Of a stretch of 64,000 bases of DNA, positions 32,130-42,449 are shown one piece after another. The notes under the pieces were generated by a model, which saw only the letters and a program-made list of their open reading frames with translations, was not told where the DNA came from and searched no databases. Every line of letters begins with the position of its first letter. Position 1 is the first letter of the stretch. A program made the position numbers and the translations under genes. The DNA comes from a virus (Duplodnaviria > Caudoviricetes), in the IMG/VR virus record IMGVR_UViG_3300014204_000012, positions 16,013-80,012 of that record, one strand, 5' to 3'.

Positions 32130-32297
32130 TTAGTCCTTATTAATAACCTTTTTATCAACCTCCTTTTTGGAGGTTTTCTTTTTAAATACACTTTTCACAA
32201 AAACTACTATTTCGTCCCTGTTCTTCCAGATGAGATCAAGTGCCATTGTTAATAGCACACTTACCCACTTATTCCCTGTCTTCTCTTTTGTTTTCAT
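32130..32297 (-). CDS. 55-aa amphipathic/basic peptide coupled to the endolysin
   Basis: Hand translation MKTKEKTGNKWVSVLLTMALDLIWKNRDEIVVFVKSVFKKK...; ATGA overlap with the endolysin stop. Confidence 0.55.
   Translation of the reverse strand: MKTKEKTGNKWVSVLLTMALDLIWKNRDEIVVFVKSVFKKKTSKKEVDKKVINKD
32157..32180 (+). terminator. Intrinsic terminator
   Basis: AACCTCC-ttttt-GGAGGTT followed by TTCTTTT. Confidence 0.7.
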
Positions 32298-32788
32298 ACA
32301 AAATATTTAATGTATTTCTGTGGTATTTGTTTAATCAATGCTTGTCTTATTTCAGACTTTTCAATATCGGTATCTTTATTTATATCGAATAATGGATTTT
32401 GTTTCGCCACAATGTCATTGGGTATCCTGAACGAATCCGGTTTACCAACCGCAGCAGGCCAAAATATCATACAATAAAGATCAACAAAATCCTTGTATTT
32501 GTTTCTATGTGGGGAAAGATATTTTTTAACATATTCAAGTTGTTCTACGTTTGTCATTGCTTTAAGTTTGTCCGTAGTAGTTCCTAATACGATTGCTGTT
32601 TTTGGCATGAATTGGATGAGACCAGTTGCACCTATTTTATTTTGTATTGTGTGATCGAGTGTATGTGATGTTTCAAACCACATTAAAAAAAGTAAGTGAT
32701 TGGGGTCTACTCCTAAATATGAAGAAATCTGAACAACTTTATCCAGAAACTCTTTTTTATTCTCTTTTATCAATTCTTCAAATATCAT
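32294..32788 (-). CDS. Lysozyme-fold lytic transglycosylase, probable endolysin
   Basis: LMWFET (catalytic Glu)...GATGLIQFMPKTA...QLEYV.KY...DLY..IFWPAAVGK; own promoter TACCTTTG at 32805-32798. Confidence 0.82.
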   Translation of the reverse strand: MIFEELIKENKKEFLDKVVQISSYLGVDPNHLLFLMWFETSHTLDHTIQNKIGATGLIQFMPKTAIVLGTTTDKLKAMTNVEQLEYVKKYLSPHRNKYKDFVDLYCMIFWPAAVGKPDSFRIPNDIVAKQNPLFDINKDTDIEKSEIRQALIKQIPQKYIKYFV

Positions 32789-32933
32789 TTTTTATTTCAA
32801 AGGTAGGTTTTATTTCCGTAACGGGTTTAAAATGGTGCAATGTGGAAATATTTGATGTTATAAAACATAAACGCTTGCAGATGTCAAAAATTGTTTATAC
32901 CTTTGTACTGTTCTTTGAATGTCATGGTTACAC

Positions 32934-33000
32934 GCACCATATGTGTTGGTACAGGACTGAAATAATAGGTCTTCGGAACCGAAATCCGAATGGTGCACAA
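32934..33000 (+). ncRNA. tRNA-like structured RNA (degenerate cloverleaf)
   Basis: GCACCAT/ATGGTGC stem followed by ACAA, TCGGA-ACCGAAA-TCCGA arm; promoter TACCTTTG at 32898-32905. Confidence 0.45.
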
Positions 33001-33012
33001 AATACTTTCACA

Positions 33013-35096
33013 ATGGACAAAATTGACAACGCAATAAAGGCGTTAATAAACAAACAACTCGAAAAGTACAACGTGGACTTCGACTACGTTATGGATCACC
33101 AGCAAATTGATGGTAAACTTTGGTGTTATTATTTCACTTTAACGAAGGATGAAGATGAAGCATTCCGGAAGTGGGCTATTGAATATCTGCGTAAAACATT
33201 CCACTGGCAGAAACAATATGCAGAGAAGGAGTTCTCTTGGTATTACCTAATGTACGGGCTTAATGTGTCACCAGACGTTACTACAGCCCCGTAGGGACAC
33301 TTTCGCCATGGAGACGATAAATTACACCAACAGCAAAGAAAATCGCCTTAAAGCGTTTAAGGTGGCAAAAGTAAGCATCAGCGTTAAAATCAAACTTGAT
33401 AAAATATGGAGACTGTCAAAGAAGTTCGCTACTATATTCCGAAGAAGGGGTTCAACTGCTTAACGGGGTGGTACGAGAAAAAAGACCCAAAGGGCAAGGA
33501 CGATGCGATCCGGGTGGCGAAAATAGTAAGAATTAACGGTAAACAAACAATTCAATTATGAAAGAACAACTCATTGATTTAGCGAAAAAGAATGGTTTTG
33601 CAACCAAAGTGATAAATTCCATGCCTTACTCAAAGAGTGCCCCGTGGTTTCATTTAGAAGTTACACGGTATTTCCTATGGATGTGTGAAATTCAGAAATG
33701 GTTGATAGAAAAACACAACATTGTTGTCTGTGTCGAATTTGAAACCATTGACGATTCTGAAACCGCCTATACGTGGAATATTACAGAACACATAACAGAG
33801 GGTAGGGGAATGGCAAAGGATACATGGGACTTTTATAAAAGAACCGATTCTTTTTCACAACATTTTATGTGGTGGAAAACATACGAAGAATCATTGGAAG
33901 ATGGATTAATCAAAGCATTAAAACTTATAAAATGAAATTATTTAACAAGAAACTTAATTTATCCAGTGACGATGTGTTGGCGTGTGAGGACTACGCACAA
34001 CTCAAATACTGGTATTCCTGTGTGGAAATTGACATACTGGAAATGGAATTACGCCTAAAGGGTGAAGACAACGACCGGGTGTACCAAGCTATGTCCTTGC
34101 AGAAGTCGCTTTCAAAACTCATCCAACTTCAAATATCGAAAGTTGGTAAACCGGTTAGGTTTGAAAAGTACGTCATTGATGTTTGCAAGGAGTTGTTTGT
34201 TGACAAGTGGGATGTGATTATTGAACGTGCCCGTGCTAAGAAGGAATTGGAGGAACTGTAATGGATCATTTCGATAATGTTTTGATAAAGTTGCAACGGC
34301 AGTATAGTAGAGACGAAACCGTTGCGGCTTTAACGAAGAAACTTAAAGAAACTGAAACCAGAGTTGGACAACTGGAATCGGAGGTCGATTATCTAAATTC
34401 AGAATATGAGGTTGAAAAAGAAAAGAGAGAGATAATCAGGATGTCTAAAATAGAGGCACGTAAAGAAGAACTTTATAGAAGACAAAATGATAAGATTAAA
34501 CAGTATCGTTCCGCAATTAAGAAGTTAAAACAACAGCGGAATGATTTAATTGCAAAATGTATTTCATTTGAAAAAAAATAAATAATTATGGGAAAAAAAC
34601 AACTACCAGATTGGCTTGAAACATTATACAACGTGAACCCGTGTTTAGCTGAACGGGCAGAAAAACATCTGAATAAACTGTATTCGGAGGACGATCTTAT
34701 TAGTTTTGCCGCGTGGTGTATCATAAATAAATACAATAATGCCCAATATGGTCATATACCAACAGATTACGAACTTATTGAAATGTGGAAGAAATCAAAA
34801 AAAATATGAAAAAACAATCTAAAACATACAGCATTAGCAGTGGCCTGTTTGCACCAGTTGTTCGTTTTTTCGGATTAAAAGGTTCGTGGAAGTGGGCTGT
34901 AAAAGAAATGAAAAATGGTAAATTGCTTGTAAGAACGTGCGTGACAGGTGCGATAAAATACAGATTAAGCACAGACGGACAAAATAGACTCGAATGTGAT
35001 TTTCACAGAAAAGAAAGCGAAGCGAAGTGGGAAAACGCTAATTTTTTCATTTCTGACATGGAAGCTACTGATTGGGGTATTTATAATTGGGGATAA
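33013..35096 (+). other. Hypothetical CDSs (33013-33294, 33558-33935, 33932-34261, 34261-34581, 34588-34809, 34806-35096)
   Basis: Coupled ORFs; 33558-33935 matches the phage pattern QKWL.EKHNI.V...TYEE.LE.GL..AL.LI. Confidence 0.65.
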
Positions 35097-35378
35097 CTGT
35101 ATATATATGTAATTGTATTTGCTCACACATTATAGGTGTGACTTTTCATTATAAATAATATAATTAAAAATATTATGAGACCATACGGAAGAGAAAAGAA
35201 ACTACAAGGAACAGGCGTTTGGAAAAGAGACGTACACCCTCCGAAAGGATATGTAAATTGGTGGGAAAATATGTGTAATTTTCTTTCCAGAAGTAGAATG
35301 AAACAAAACTGGAAAAAAGATGTAAAATGTGAGCTATCCGATAATTACCTTTAAGTATTATATGTAATTCAAGTTATT

Positions 35379-35762
35379 ATGAAAAAACTACTATTGATAA
35401 CACTATTTTCGCTGATAACCATATTGGGTTATTCACAGAATTGGTACAAGGGATACGATCCGTGGATAGCAAAGGATAAGGGGTTACACGTGGGGATTGA
35501 GTTCTTTCTACAATTTTCTGGTACTCAGATAATATTAGGAGATGGAGGAGAAAGGAAATATGCTGAACCTGCTGTTCTTGTAGCTACTTGCCTGGCGGGA
35601 ATAGGAAAAGAGTTTTGTGTTGATTCACAACCCAGTTATAAGGATTTAACAGCAGATGCTGTAGGAATTGTTGCAGGATTTTTATTAAGTAGACAAGTTG
35701 AAAGATGGCACAAGAATAAAGCATACAGGGTACATAAAAGAATGGAAAGGAAACGGAAATGA
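35379..35762 (+). CDS. Signal-peptide membrane protein, YfiM/DUF2279-like
   Basis: MKKLLLITLFSLITILGYS|Q; KDKGLH...GIGKE..D...SYKDLTADAVG. Confidence 0.6.
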   Translation: MKKLLLITLFSLITILGYSQNWYKGYDPWIAKDKGLHVGIEFFLQFSGTQIILGDGGERKYAEPAVLVATCLAGIGKEFCVDSQPSYKDLTADAVGIVAGFLLSRQVERWHKNKAYRVHKRMERKRK

Positions 35763-38182
35763 GTATAACACAAAATTCACAATTGAATATACCTGTTAAC
35801 GTGGGTTTTTGTTTGGAGTGTAATCACTCCTTTAAAACTGATAGAAATGAATGTCTCGACATGTGTGATGATTGTCTTGATGATTTTAAAAGACGAATTG
35901 AAAAAATGAAAGATGCTAATTACATGATGAATGTTATGAGGTCTGCTGTTAGATTTGCTAATGATACCGGTAAGAGAGATGTTGCAGATCGTGCTTTTTT
36001 TGCTTGTCTTTTTCCTGAATTAAAAAATAGTCAAGTTGCTAAAATATTAGCATCTCAAAAAAAAGTTGCCTATGTACGTTCTTAATGTTATTATCAATTA
36101 TTTATAAAATGAAACAAAAATGAGTGGTGGATTTTTTGACTATTACCAGTATCACATTGATACAATAGCCGACAGTATTGAAGGTGTATTGGACAATCAG
36201 GGTAAAGAAAAACCAAGTGATGAATGGGATGGGGGCTATTTAAAGGAATATCCCGTGAAGCTCTACCCGACTTATCCCGAAGTTGTTCAGGATAAAATGA
36301 GAGAAGCCGTAAAACAACTTCGAATAGCAAGGGTTTATGCTCAAAGAATTGATTACTTTCTATCAGGTGACGATGGTGAAGAAACATTTGTTAAACGATT
36401 GGAGAAGGAATTAAAAGATATTGAAAATGAGAAAAGTATTATTTAAAAAGTGGATAACTGAAATACCACAAGGATTAAAATATCCAGATAGAATAGCAAT
36501 AGAAGGAACTAATTGTTGGGAACCTGATTTTATACATAAGGGATTATTTCATCAATGGGCAGCTGCCTATGAAGAATCAACTGCTGGATTTGGAAACTAT
36601 ACAGTTGGTTTAATTGAGTTGCCAGATGGTACAATGGCAGAAGTACTTCCATCAAACATAAAATTTATTGAACCAGTTTAAAACGAAATAAAATGACAAA
36701 TAACGAAATTAAAAATGCTTCAAAATTGAATATGTCGGGAGACCACGCTTATGAAATGGGTTTTATTGCAGGTGCTAACTTTGTCAATGAAAGACAACCA
36801 TACACTGCTGAAGACATGGTGAACGCTTTTGAATGGTTGGAAAGTAGTGGATTCAGACAAATTTTTATCAGTACATGGAGAAGTGTATACTATGAGCCAG
36901 TTTTTTCTACGAATAAACTTTTAAAACTTTGGGAGGAACAGGAATGAAAACAAGTGATGTAAAATGTGGAAGAGAATACGAATATAAAGGGGAGAAGGTC
37001 ACTGTTCTGCAAAGGATATATGGTAAAGAAACAAATAAACCAAATATGCAAAGTGGTGAGCTTTTTACTGGATTTAAGAGAAAAACAAAGAAATTTCTTC
37101 TTTCAAATGGAGAAATTGTATATTCTAAATGGTTAAGTATTTGGGAGGAAAACGAAAATGGATAAGCATATACCACGAATATCAGTTGAACCTGATCCAT
37201 TTATTTATACTGCTGAAGATATAAATAATTTCCTTGTTTGGGCCTTCAGACATTGGGAATACAATGATATTCTTAAGAAGTGGATGTGGTGTATGCCAAA
37301 AGAGGCAACTTCTAAACAAGTCACAACAATTGAACTTTTAAGAATTTGGGAGGAAAGTAAAAATGAATGAAGTAGTACAATATTTACTTGACAAAAAAGC
37401 TAATAATGATAATCAAATTGATCTAAATGCTTATGCACTTGGACTTATTGATATGTGTGTTTATATGCAGGAGTTTGCGGAGTGGACTTGTAAAACTAAA
37501 TGGGCATTTTTAGATAGTACTTGGGTTAATGCCAAGGGTGAGGAAAAAACATCAACAGAACTTTTAAGTGATTGGAAGGATGAACAGAAATGAGTAATGA
37601 AGAGTTAATTGAATATTCCATCCTTTGGTTTGAAGAAATTGTAGAAAAATGTGACAGAATGACTACGGGTAATTTTTCACATGATAATAGACAACTTAAA
37701 GGATTTGCTCAAAGATGCGCTGATTTTATTAAAATACATCATAAAGTGAAGGAGGAATAAAATATGAATCAGAAATCTGCTGATAAACAGAAAAGATTTG
37801 ATAAACTAATGTGGTTTATTATTGCTTTAGTTTACGCCATTGTCTTCGCTGTAATAATTATTTTTTGTGCAAGTATAAATTAAAACACACGGAAATGATT
37901 TCAAGAAAAGAGTATTTAAGTGCAAAATTAACAGTTGAACGGTATGAACTTCAACAGGAGAAACTAAGATTGTCAATGGATGAATGTAAGGTTAAATTTC
38001 CTATTGGATGTTTTGTCATATCGAAACTGAATACAGCAGTAAGAGGTACTGTATATGATTATACCGATTGGGATGGAACCACTCAGTTGTTATGCCATAA
38101 GGAAGATTGTGGTAAAACCAGAATACTTGTGACAAATGCAGTTGTTACATTTCCTGTTAGATTTGCTTGTGAAGTAAAATAA
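35759..38182 (+). other. AT-rich run of short CDSs (35759-36085, 36120-36446, 36421-36681, 36693-36947, 36944-37165, 37158-37370, 37363-37593, 37895-38182)
   Basis: 36120-36446 is of the MSGGFFDY...LSGDDGEETF family; several share a YTAED...W...T.ELL..W pattern. Confidence 0.65.
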
Positions 38183-38283
38183 GAATTACGTTATTGTATT
38201 TTAATTGTTAAAAGTAAAATAAAAGATTGAACCACAAATCGAATAAAACAGTTATCTTTGTATTGAATTTAAAAACAAATGAC

Positions 38284-38505
38284 ATGTCAGAAGATCGTAG
38301 GGGGTTTTTGACCCCGGAGCAAGAACAGAAACTTGACGATTTGATCGTCTTAAAAGGTATCCCGGAAGTTATTGATGGAATCGCTATCAGAATGGCCGAC
38401 AACACGGGATTAGAGAAGCTGAAAGCCAAATTGCTGGCTGAAAAACCGGAACTGCTACCGTTCATCTATGAAGTGATTGACGAGATTTTTGCAGCATTGC
38501 CGTAA
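38284..38505 (+). CDS. Hypothetical protein with its own promoter
   Basis: MSEDRRGFLTPEQEQKLD...; TATCTTTG at 38253-38260. Confidence 0.65.
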   Translation: MSEDRRGFLTPEQEQKLDDLIVLKGIPEVIDGIAIRMADNTGLEKLKAKLLAEKPELLPFIYEVIDEIFAALP

Positions 38506-38522
38506 CCCGGTTTTATCAAATG

Positions 38523-38555
38523 AAAAGAGTGACCTTAAAAAAGCCACTCTTTTTT
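38523..38555. terminator. Bidirectional terminator where the two transcription blocks converge
   Basis: AAAAGAGTG...CACTCTTTT inverted repeat with A/T runs on both sides. Confidence 0.75.
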
Positions 38556-38635
38556 GTTTTAAGACACTTTGCGACTACAATATACAAATACCCCACTTAA
38601 CGTAGATAATTGATTGTAGAGCCTCTCACACGCAT

Positions 38636-38848
38636 CTACGGGGCTTTGGGGTCTTTACTTATGAGTAGCAATAACGCCGCAATAACAGAACCCACATAGA
38701 GGATAATATCACCGGTGTCAATACCGAAGAAATCCTCCGGTTTGATACCACACAGCCGCAACACAATTACGAATATCATTGCGATACCCATTCCGGTAGT
38801 CAGTTTACTGCCACCGATGTTCCCAAGTGTTGACCTGTCCAGTTTCAT
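38636..38848 (-). CDS. Holin-like two-TM membrane protein
   Basis: MKLDRSTLG...GMGIAMIFVIVLRLCG...IILYVGSVIAALLLLISKDP; last gene of the late module. Confidence 0.55.
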   Translation of the reverse strand: MKLDRSTLGNIGGSKLTTGMGIAMIFVIVLRLCGIKPEDFFGIDTGDIILYVGSVIAALLLLISKDPKAP

Positions 38849-41829
38849 AATCCCGATGAATACCAAGTCCCAACACCACCAACCATACGATACACCAAGC
38901 GATACGCACCATAGTATCCATTTGTATCGAGTAAATTGTACACATCGAAGTTCTGTGTAGCCACATCTGGATCACCGGGATCGTCAAGGGTTATCACCAC
39001 CCGCATATATGTCGGATAGAAATAATGACGTGAAGCTATTAAATTCACATAGTCATACGTCGGACACAAGTCCAATACTTCCTCGTGCATACCGCCACCG
39101 TAGTTGGCGTACCTACCCTTATACGACACGTATGCGGTTATGCTGTCCTGAGTGAGAACAGTACGTGTCCACGAACCATCAGATAATGACCACGCACCAA
39201 CCTTAAATGTTCCATTGAAATCGGTAAGATTATAGAATGCTGTCGTATTGGGAACATCTAATGTTGACGGAGCCGTACCACAGGTATTAGCTATGGAATC
39301 GGTGTATCCGTCTACGGTCTTCTGTAACAGGATTTGTATGGTGTAATTCGGATCGTCGTAGGACACATTTGTTGTGTCGTAATGCGTGTACATCTTCGGA
39401 TACGTCACCGTTGTTCCGTCACCACAAAGTGCATTTGAAGACGCCGAGAACATCAACAGTTTGTAGTGGTTTACATTCTCCGGGTCACTGGAATACGATG
39501 TCATTTTCGTACTTGCCAATACAGTAAGCATCGAGTTCTTAAACAGATTGTAGTCGGTAAGGTTACGAGCCACCAGTTTAACCGTATCACTTGACTTGAT
39601 ATAAGAGATGGAATCGGTGAATGTCCGGCAACTATATCCCGAAGACGGAGTTTCCAACCACGCACAGTTTACATTCCTATTAAGGGATATTTTGAAGTCA
39701 TTACCCCAACGGTTAGATGTGGGAACGTAAGTCATGTTTGTTGCCCACCCGGATGTTTCAAAGATGTAATGCTGTACGTCATTCTGGATGTGTGCTGACT
39801 TATTTGAATAGGTTAAATCATAAGTCCCTGCTGAACCGTTCCACACCATCGTTATTGCTGCCGTGGTGTCAATAGTCTGGTAGTCCTTTTCAAATGGTGT
39901 ACACAGGTCGAAGTCCAGAGTGTCCAAGCATTTCCATGACAACCTCCAGTTGGTATTCGTGGAATACGGATCAATCTTGAACTTGATCTTATCCCCTGTG
40001 GCAACTGTTGGGAGTGTCGTTATCTTATTGAAGTACGATGAATATATATTGTGAAGTGGGAAGTTATAAGCACCATAAGCCGTACCCACCTGCCATGTCT
40101 CCAATAGGGTTTCAGTGGCTCCGTGGACAAAATAAACCCTTAAAGTGTCTATAACGTTCTCACCATAGAAGAACCACGGCACATAAGAAGTCGTCGCATC
40201 CAAGTCCATCGAAATCTCCCTGGTGGGGAGTTCGTCGGTATTCAACTCATAAGAATACGACACCGAATGTTCGTAGGCAATAGCTCCTTCCGTGTATCCA
40301 CTTCCGTTATCACAGATATAAGCTGCTGACACCACATCCGAGAGACAGGTGGCAAGATCTGGACTGTATGTACCCTGTTGTGTATAGGCAGAGACGTATT
40401 TCTCACCATTTACATACACCCATCTGATCACAGGGGTATAGGTTCCGCTAACTACAGGCATAGCACTCGTAAACGGCTGTAACACGTAATTGGTTATCCC
40501 TGCACCACTGGTGGCCGTGGTGAACTTAAATACGCCCCCCACATACCAGTCAATAACATAGTCACCCACCGTGGCTGTGGTGGAAGACAAGTCACCGATG
40601 TCAAGGTGTCCCACAGTCGGAACTATATCAGCGAGGTACAAGTTGGCAAAGTCACACATCTGAGCGGTAACAGTAACAGTGTCGCAAGGTGCAATAATGT
40701 CACAGATGTTCTTCCATCCAAAGTCACAGTCTGCATTGCTCAATTTGACAAGCACCTGACCTGCTAAACCACCCGGGGGAACGGGACAGCCATTGAGGGA
40801 GACGATAACACTGTCTGAACCTATCTTAATGTCTATTAAACTATCACCCTCCTCAACGTATAGCACGTGGTTATTGAACACTGTATCAATGTCGCCATCA
40901 TTCGCCACTATCCAATACACGGAATCCAGATCAGCAGTTCCACTTGACGTATTGATGTGTACCTTCCGGTGTCCTCCTGCACTCACATCGTACACGGGAA
41001 CCCAATCAAGAGTGTCGTAAGTTGAAGTGGTTAGTTCAGGAATGTCCATGTTCACAATCACGTTCCCGCTGGAGCTAAAGTAACCACCACCACCAAGTCC
41101 AATCCCTGCTGTCACACTTAGTTTAGTGGGATCAAAAGCAAGTACAATGGTGTGATCGGTGTTGTTCAGACTTATCGCCATGAAAGCCGAATCCACATCA
41201 ATTCCCCGGAAGTAGAATACATTGTCTGTGGTATTGTTCCACACCCCTATTCCTTCGTGGTTGCCATTCTGAGCATCGTAGAACCCTGCTGAATCAAACA
41301 CCTGTGTAATCGGTATCCAATATGCCTTACCGTTTATGTTTTGCAGTATATCCCCGGAGACACCGTCTGTGGCATTTAGTTTCGTTATCCTCAGTGAATC
41401 CCCGTCAAGAAAATAAAAGTTATTTGTGTTTATGGAATCCTCCACTTCCAGTGAGTTCATCACATGAACATCATACACGTTTGTATTGTATATTCCACCG
41501 TGAGTGTCCCTTTTCCACAGGGGATCGAGTAAGTCGAGAATCTTCAATACTTTCCAATTATACTTTACGTTATTGGACACTCTAATGTAGTTGTCACCTG
41601 TAACCCATAGCTTGTGCCAGTTAATTGAATCGGAACTGAACTGATGGTAGGTAACATCGAGAACCGGAATTATGGTATCCCGGTATGCAAAGTAACTTTG
41701 TGAGAACAGTGTGTCCCGTGCCATAAGGTTTCTATCATAGTCCCCTACGGTCAATGTGGATGGTGACACCACTGCCTGACCAAATCCAATCACGGGTATA
41801 AATAACAACAAAAACAAAAGTCTTTTCAT
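38845..41829 (-). CDS. 994-aa fibre-like protein with Sec signal peptide
   Basis: True start MKRLLFLLLFIPVIGFG|Q at 41829 (promoter TATCTTTG at 41851-41844); fibre motif PPGGLAGQVLVKLSNADCDFGW; 14 Cys; 21 D[ST][AILVMT]. Confidence 0.75.
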   Translation of the reverse strand: MKRLLFLLLFIPVIGFGQAVVSPSTLTVGDYDRNLMARDTLFSQSYFAYRDTIIPVLDVTYHQFSSDSINWHKLWVTGDNYIRVSNNVKYNWKVLKILDLLDPLWKRDTHGGIYNTNVYDVHVMNSLEVEDSINTNNFYFLDGDSLRITKLNATDGVSGDILQNINGKAYWIPITQVFDSAGFYDAQNGNHEGIGVWNNTTDNVFYFRGIDVDSAFMAISLNNTDHTIVLAFDPTKLSVTAGIGLGGGGYFSSSGNVIVNMDIPELTTSTYDTLDWVPVYDVSAGGHRKVHINTSSGTADLDSVYWIVANDGDIDTVFNNHVLYVEEGDSLIDIKIGSDSVIVSLNGCPVPPGGLAGQVLVKLSNADCDFGWKNICDIIAPCDTVTVTAQMCDFANLYLADIVPTVGHLDIGDLSSTTATVGDYVIDWYVGGVFKFTTATSGAGITNYVLQPFTSAMPVVSGTYTPVIRWVYVNGEKYVSAYTQQGTYSPDLATCLSDVVSAAYICDNGSGYTEGAIAYEHSVSYSYELNTDELPTREISMDLDATTSYVPWFFYGENVIDTLRVYFVHGATETLLETWQVGTAYGAYNFPLHNIYSSYFNKITTLPTVATGDKIKFKIDPYSTNTNWRLSWKCLDTLDFDLCTPFEKDYQTIDTTAAITMVWNGSAGTYDLTYSNKSAHIQNDVQHYIFETSGWATNMTYVPTSNRWGNDFKISLNRNVNCAWLETPSSGYSCRTFTDSISYIKSSDTVKLVARNLTDYNLFKNSMLTVLASTKMTSYSSDPENVNHYKLLMFSASSNALCGDGTTVTYPKMYTHYDTTNVSYDDPNYTIQILLQKTVDGYTDSIANTCGTAPSTLDVPNTTAFYNLTDFNGTFKVGAWSLSDGSWTRTVLTQDSITAYVSYKGRYANYGGGMHEEVLDLCPTYDYVNLIASRHYFYPTYMRVVITLDDPGDPDVATQNFDVYNLLDTNGYYGAYRLVYRMVGGVGTWYSSGL

Positions 41830-41855
41830 AATTCTATTTTGTACAAAGATAACAC

Positions 41856-41901
41856 AAAAAGAAATGCCCCTGTGGGCTCCTGAGAGACCCGTAGAGGCAT
41901 T
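41856..41901 (-). terminator. Long hairpin terminator
   Basis: ATGCCTCT...AGGGGCAT followed by TTCTTTTT on the minus strand. Confidence 0.65.
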
Positions 41902-42022
41902 ATCTTCTGAAGTTGATAATTTGTTCACCTGTACCCAAAAACACCCGTACAGGCGTTGTGGCGTGTCGTATAACCGCTGACTAACCATGCGGCATAGATC
42001 AATATAAGTGAACCCAGGATCA

Positions 42023-42316
42023 TCATTGCTCTTTTACTTTTACTTCTGGTGCTGACAGAATCCTTGTTACAAAGCCCACATCGGCACGACTGAATCCACT
42101 AAACACGTCAATGGCTTTCTTCACTTTCTGGTAATCCACTTCTTCAAGGAGTACGGAATCATCAGATGATTCGATCTTCTTTGCAAGTTCATCCTGAGTG
42201 ATAACATCCCTCCCGGAGAGTTTCAGTTCAGGGTTGAACAATAGGTTGACAACTGACGTCTTTACGTCATACGGTCTTTCGTCAACCTGATACGGTGTTA
42301 AATCAATCTTTCTCAA
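42023..42316 (-). CDS. Small helical protein, candidate fibre assembly chaperone
   Basis: 97 aa, TTG start, follows a fibre/spike gene; the assignment is positional. Confidence 0.5.
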   Translation of the reverse strand: MRKIDLTPYQVDERPYDVKTSVVNLLFNPELKLSGRDVITQDELAKKIESSDDSVLLEEVDYQKVKKAIDVFSGFSRADVGFVTRILSAPEVKVKEQ

Positions 42317-42449
42317 TCTGGAATGTCTTTTTTAATAATTACGGGTTCCTCTTTTTCTTTTTTCTTATCTGTTTTCATATTGAAAATGTTTTAATTGCAC
42401 AAAGTTACGGAATTGTTTTATTAAAACCGTAATTTTGCACAATATTTTA

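Noticed and set aside
41830-41988. 53-aa N-terminal extension of the 1047-aa ORF in the track
   Set aside because: It spans a terminator hairpin and a promoter. The signal-peptide start at 41829 is much better supported.
42313-42378. Programmed frameshift joining a 21-codon ORF to the chaperone-like gene
   Set aside because: The A-run is not in the canonical X XXY YYZ register; translational coupling at TTGA is the simpler explanation.
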